Positions 38,623 to 42,701 of a DNA stretch of 42,701 bases are shown in pieces; the first letter of the stretch is position 1; every line of letters starts with the position of its first letter. The stretch lies in contig JAEOTA010000009.1 of the NCBI GenBank assembly GCA_016840085.1, forward strand, positions 1 to 42,701. Reading direction: 5' to 3'. The position numbers and the translations under genes were made by a program. Under the pieces are notes generated by a model. The model had not been told where the DNA came from. It did no database searches and worked only from the letters and a program-made list of their open reading frames with translations. This DNA comes from Promethearchaeota archaeon (GTDB taxonomy: Archaea > Asgardarchaeota > Lokiarchaeia > Sigyniarchaeales > SOKP01).

Positions 38623-40329
38623 CTAAGTTTTTTCAAAATTTAAAGGAAAATAACGGGAACATGCAAATAAAGCGTAAAAAAGCATTTTTAATTCTATCTT
38701 GTATGCAAGTTTATCAGTACGCCAATTAAAATCTTGATTAGCATTTTCTAATTCAAAGAACTGGGAAGAGTTCATAATAGAATCTAATAGTTGACTACAC
38801 AAAACAGCTTCTTGTTCTTTTAACTCCAACAAGTCAAAAATTAATAAAGATTTTGCCATAGTTGTTATTAGAACACTTGTTGTTTCTTTCGAAGTTAAAT
38901 TTCTTTTTAATTCAGCTACATATGGTTCAATTATCCTTGTAATATTCAAAGTATCATCTAATAATTTAATTGAGGTTAGCTTATGAAATATGTCCAAAAT
39001 TGGTTTAAATTTTTCCAAGTTAGCTAATTTTAGATTTAAAATAGAACTTAATAATAATTCTTTTTTATCACCAATAACGTCAAATTTTCCTAATAATTTT
39101 AAGCATAAAAGCGAATAGAAATTTAATTCTAATTTTTCTGGTACGAATAGTTCTAGCTCAGATTTAATAAATTTTTCAATATTAAAAAGATCTATAATAC
39201 TTGTATTTTTTAATAGATTTAATTCTGAGATAACGGAAAGACCATAAAAATTATTGATAGGATCCGGAATATTATTCTTAGAAGAACTAAATATCGTATT
39301 ATTGACATAATTCTTAATAATTTCTAAGATTTCAATTGAAGTAAAAGGAGAATCAATATTTAACATTTTTAAGATAGAGACATAATAAAATAGGCATTCT
39401 AAATCGATAAAATCAGGATTTTTAACTCTTGAGTTAGTGAAGTTTATAGTATTTATTTTGAATTTGTTAATTAAATCAGGATGAATAGAAGGGAAATTTC
39501 CAAAGTAATCTAAAAAAGTTTTTATATTAATATCAGTTTTTTTGAGATGAATCGAAGATTTTTGTTCATGAGTTTTAATATCAGGCCGTTTTATTTTTTC
39601 AAATGATTTTTCTAATGGAATAAGTGACGGTTTCATAAATTCTTTTTTTGGTACTTTAAGAGTTTCAATAATATCCTCTTTTGCTGTTCTTAATTGAGCT
39701 AAAATGTCTGATTGTGTACCAACTTGTTCTTTGGGAATACCTGAACTTACCTTGGGGGGGATTGTTGGCTTTCCTCTATCTTTTTTAATAGAAACGTTTG
39801 AAAAATCTATTAAGGATTCTAAGTTTGTTTTCTTCAATTCTTCTTTAATTTCTTTTGATGTTAAATATTTCTCTTTAAAATTGTTTAAACTTGTTATAAC
39901 ATTCTGAGGTAATAATTCAAATAAATTTAAGGTTTCAATTTTTTTTGTATTCACATCAATTAAATATTCGATTAAAATCTCAAATAAAATTTTATCAAGA
40001 TAAAGTTCTTTATATAAATTAAAATAAGACTCATAATTCTGAAGATGCTCCCTTTTACTACTTACTGTTTTCATAAAGTATTTTTGAGTTTTTGATAATG
40101 TTTTCATTGATACTCCTATGGTATTCAAACCTGTTTTTATAGCCTTTACCATTCTTTCAAGTGTATCTTTAATCGTTGCCTCGTTTTCAGTTGAAATTGT
40201 TTTATTTAAATTAATATTCTTATACGAGATAAGATCTTTTAGATAAAAATAAGTATTGTTATAGTACTCTAAAATATCCTCTTTCAATATAGATACAAAT
40301 TCAGTTAATAGATTTAAGGCATCTTCCAT
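38623..40329 (-). CDS. Hypothetical protein: two helical domains joined by a low-complexity linker
   Basis: 568-codon ORF; the C-terminal half is weakly reminiscent of alpha/alpha-barrel repeats. Confidence 0.75.
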   Translation of the reverse strand: MEDALNLLTEFVSILKEDILEYYNNTYFYLKDLISYKNINLNKTISTENEATIKDTLERMVKAIKTGLNTIGVSMKTLSKTQKYFMKTVSSKREHLQNYESYFNLYKELYLDKILFEILIEYLIDVNTKKIETLNLFELLPQNVITSLNNFKEKYLTSKEIKEELKKTNLESLIDFSNVSIKKDRGKPTIPPKVSSGIPKEQVGTQSDILAQLRTAKEDIIETLKVPKKEFMKPSLIPLEKSFEKIKRPDIKTHEQKSSIHLKKTDINIKTFLDYFGNFPSIHPDLINKFKINTINFTNSRVKNPDFIDLECLFYYVSILKMLNIDSPFTSIEILEIIKNYVNNTIFSSSKNNIPDPINNFYGLSVISELNLLKNTSIIDLFNIEKFIKSELELFVPEKLELNFYSLLCLKLLGKFDVIGDKKELLLSSILNLKLANLEKFKPILDIFHKLTSIKLLDDTLNITRIIEPYVAELKRNLTSKETTSVLITTMAKSLLIFDLLELKEQEAVLCSQLLDSIMNSSQFFELENANQDFNWRTDKLAYKIELKMLFYALFACSRYFPLNFEKT

Positions 40330-40442
40330 GTTTCTATATTCTTAATTAATCAATAATATATATTGAAAGTTATATATCAATATTATTATTATTATTTTAT
40401 ATTTTATAATCAATATTATATGTATTATTTTTTTTTCCGGTT

Positions 40443-41189
40443 ATGGAGGGTTATAATTTTAATAAAATTGCCAAAGATTACCATTCAAAAAGAAGAAAAC
40501 CTTGGAGACCGCTTGAATTTTTTCTAAACCATTTGATAAAAAGGGGGCATTTATTTACAGGAATTAATTTAGATTTAGGATGCGCAAATGGGAGAAATTT
40601 TAAAATTTTAGGAACACACCCGAGAAAACTAATTGGAATAGACCTTTCTCTTGAATTTTTGAAAATAGCTCAAGAGAGTTTAATAGATAAAAGCCAATAT
40701 TCTAAGTCAGAATCAAATTTTATTCAAATAATATTAGGGGATATCAAATATTTGCCAGTAAGGTTTAATTCTATTGATAATATATTTTCAATCGCAACAA
40801 TCCATCATATCAAAAATAAATTTGAGAGAAAAAAAACATTGATGCAATTCAACAAATCCATGAAAAAAAAAGGGTATTTAATAATAACTGTATGGCGTAA
40901 ATGGCAAAAAGAATATAGGGGTTATTTTTTTTTAGATTGGTTAAAAAGAAATCTTAGTCGAAAACATAAAAGAGAAAAAAAAAATAATGGTTTAGACGAG
41001 TATGGAGATAAATATGTTCCATGGACCGATTCACAAGAAAAGGAAACTTACAATAGATTTTATCACTTTTTTTCTAAACATGAAATAAAAAAATTATTAA
41101 AGATTTTTGAAATTAAAGATTTTAAAATAATGGGAGGGCCAGGAAACCGCGATAACTTTTTCATACTTGCTCAAAAAAGAAATTCTTAA
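40443..41189 (+). CDS. Class I SAM methyltransferase, Trm9/ALKBH8-like
   Basis: IAKDY..KRRKPW, LDLGCANGRN, SIATIHHI, ITVW, VPW, RFYHFF. Confidence 0.8.
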   Translation: MEGYNFNKIAKDYHSKRRKPWRPLEFFLNHLIKRGHLFTGINLDLGCANGRNFKILGTHPRKLIGIDLSLEFLKIAQESLIDKSQYSKSESNFIQIILGDIKYLPVRFNSIDNIFSIATIHHIKNKFERKKTLMQFNKSMKKKGYLIITVWRKWQKEYRGYFFLDWLKRNLSRKHKREKKNNGLDEYGDKYVPWTDSQEKETYNRFYHFFSKHEIKKLLKIFEIKDFKIMGGPGNRDNFFILAQKRNS

Positions 41190-41677
41190 TGACAAATTAT
41201 AGAATTATATGATTTTAAAATAAATGGCTTAAAGTTTTCATAGAATTCTGCTAACATATTAGTATGAAAATTAAATAATTTTTCAGAGACATCACAATAA
41301 AAAATACAATGAATTGCTCTTTCAGTATAAAATCTTTTCCTTATCATTTTATTTCGATGTCCATACCAGAAGACAATTTCGTGGCTCATTAACCAATCTT
41401 TTTCTTTTTCTGTCACAACAAGACCAATTGCGTTATATACATCAATACTATTTTGTGCTTCTTTATAAAATAAGAGATTTAACCTATCTTTCTTTTCCCA
41501 ATTTATCTCCATTTTAGAGTTTGGACCCCAAATTTCATCATATTCATCTTCAGAATGTAAGATTATAGATCCTTGGTCCTCATCGCCTTCGTATTCTATT
41601 TCCCTTAACCAAATTGGCATTTTATTAATTGTTATATTGCATTCTGGCTTGTTATAAATGTAATAATTGTATTCCAT
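41186..41677 (-). CDS. Hypothetical protein
   Basis: 163-codon ATG ORF convergent on the methyltransferase with overlapping stops. Confidence 0.75.
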   Translation of the reverse strand: MEYNYYIYNKPECNITINKMPIWLREIEYEGDEDQGSIILHSEDEYDEIWGPNSKMEINWEKKDRLNLLFYKEAQNSIDVYNAIGLVVTEKEKDWLMSHEIVFWYGHRNKMIRKRFYTERAIHCIFYCDVSEKLFNFHTNMLAEFYENFKPFILKSYNSIICH

Positions 41678-41822
41678 ATTATACCGTGCCCTTTTTAATT
41701 TTATTTAAATCAAGGAGAGTTATTTCTAAAATAAATTTAATATATTTAAAAGTTCTGATATAAAAAAAAGAAAGAATATTGAATTAATATAAAGTAATAA
41801 GCTAATTTTAGAAGATATTGAA

Positions 41823-42431
41823 TTATTTAAGTATTTCTTTCCCTTCTTCAATCCATTTCTTAAGTCTTGAAACTGAAACTCCCTTAATTAAAGCAGCTAA
41901 TTCATCAGGATTTTCTTTGCATAATTCTTCTACATTATTTACCCCCAATTCAACAAACTTTTTTGCTGTGGTAGCGCCTAATCCAGATAATTCTATTAGG
42001 GGTATTCCTTTTTCTTCAATTTTAACTTTCTCAATTTTTTCAAGTTTCACTTCTTTCTTCTTTATTGCTTTTGGCTTTTTTGGGGCTGGTGTAACTGGTA
42101 CTTTTTTAGCAGCTTTTTCAATAATCTTACGGGGCTTAACTCTTGGTTTCTCTTTCTTAGGTTTAAAAGGCGTTTTCTTTCTCTCTTTTTTAACAAAAGG
42201 TTCTCTTTTTTTTCCTTTTTTCTTAGGAACTTCAATTTTTTTCAATTTTTCAATGTTTTCAGTATATACAGATTTTCTGAAATAGTCGATTTTAATATTC
42301 AAATCCTTCAATAACTTAACTGTTATTCCCGCTTGTTTAATCTCATTTAAAGAAAAACCTTCACTTTCTCTTAAATGAGCATCCTTTGAGGGACTTTTTA
42401 CTATAGCAATGAGTTTTTCTTTGCTTTCCAT
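41823..42431 (-). CDS. rpl13e: Ribosomal protein L13e-like domain fused through a Lys/Pro-rich linker to a helix-hairpin-helix domain
   Basis: AIVKSP..R.SEGFSLNEIKQAGI..LNIKID.FRKS...ENIE.L resembles archaeal L13e; LIELSGLGATTAKKF..LG is an HhH motif. Confidence 0.7.
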   Translation of the reverse strand: MESKEKLIAIVKSPSKDAHLRESEGFSLNEIKQAGITVKLLKDLNIKIDYFRKSVYTENIEKLKKIEVPKKKGKKREPFVKKERKKTPFKPKKEKPRVKPRKIIEKAAKKVPVTPAPKKPKAIKKKEVKLEKIEKVKIEEKGIPLIELSGLGATTAKKFVELGVNNVEELCKENPDELAALIKGVSVSRLKKWIEEGKEILK

Positions 42432-42648
42432 GATAGAATCATTTAATTTTAAAGTGTAATTTTGATAGATCTTTAAAACATTTAATTTTTTCTATTTAGA
42501 GGGATAATTTTTAATTTACCTTCATCGACAAAAATATTTATAGCTTTTGGAGGCTTAATTAAATCACGTTTTTTCTAAACGACAGACTTAAATTCGCCTA
42601 ATCCTCTATTTTAATTAATGAATTAATTAAATATAAAGGAGGAGTTAT

Positions 42649-42701
42649 ATGATAGTAGATTTTTATCCAGTCCAAGTGGGCTGGGGAGACGAGGTTTCGA
42701 C
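42649..42701 (+). CDS. Probable start of a CDS truncated by the window end
   Basis: AAGGAGGAG RBS then ATG 42649: MIVDFYPVQVGWGDEVS, open to the edge. Confidence 0.45.
   Translation, partial: MIVDFYPVQVGWGDEVS

Noticed and set aside
1791-42285. Short ORFs nested in or antisense to real genes (e.g. 1791, 4977, 8203, 9858, 11540, 12736, 19797, 23493, 30999, 33121, 36724, 39704, 41818)
   Set aside because: They overlap well-supported genes and carry no motifs; shadow ORFs.
42552-42599. Imperfect hairpin upstream of the L13e-like gene as an autoregulatory leader
   Set aside because: Short AT-rich interrupted stems more than 120 nt from the start; not distinguishable from background by eye.
1-42701. 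CRISPR array, transposase, integrase, complete tRNA or rRNA genes
   Set aside because: No regularly spaced repeats, no recombinase or transposase motifs, and no complete cloverleaf or rRNA-like tract seen.

Overview
AT-rich archaeal chromosome segment, most likely Asgard (Lokiarchaeia-like). That assignment is inferred from GGAGG/GGTGA RBSs, a C-terminal IPGF-TM-basic sorting tail, an L13e-like gene and a eukaryote-type SECIS hairpin. The core is a [NiFe(Se)]-hydrogenase/heterodisulfide reductase locus (vhuG-vhuA-vhuU-hdrC-hdrB) flanked by hypF, hypD, hypE, hypC, cooC, dsrH and a dsrF remnant. The ORF track misses the key gene: a 49-codon selenoprotein VhuU (13907-14056) with an in-frame UGA in the Ni-binding motif. 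It is followed by a eukaryote-like SECIS hairpin whose core UGA is the gene's own stop codon. Also present: hisF-hisH with a Cys-less purF, an MNT-HEPN toxin-antitoxin pair, a frameshifted beta-helix surface protein, and an amino-acid/acetate block (ADP-forming acyl-CoA synthetase, Pta-like DRTGG protein, ald, aminotransferase, aminopeptidase). The window further carries a complete acetone-carboxylase-like operon, an Adc-fold gene, repair genes (nfi, ogg), a Trm9/ALKBH8-like methyltransferase and an L13e-HhH fusion. Several intergenic regions hold decayed gene remnants, and an unexplained structured element lies at about 36229-36388. No CRISPR array, transposase or complete tRNA/rRNA was seen. 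All calls come from motif recognition by eye; no searches were run.
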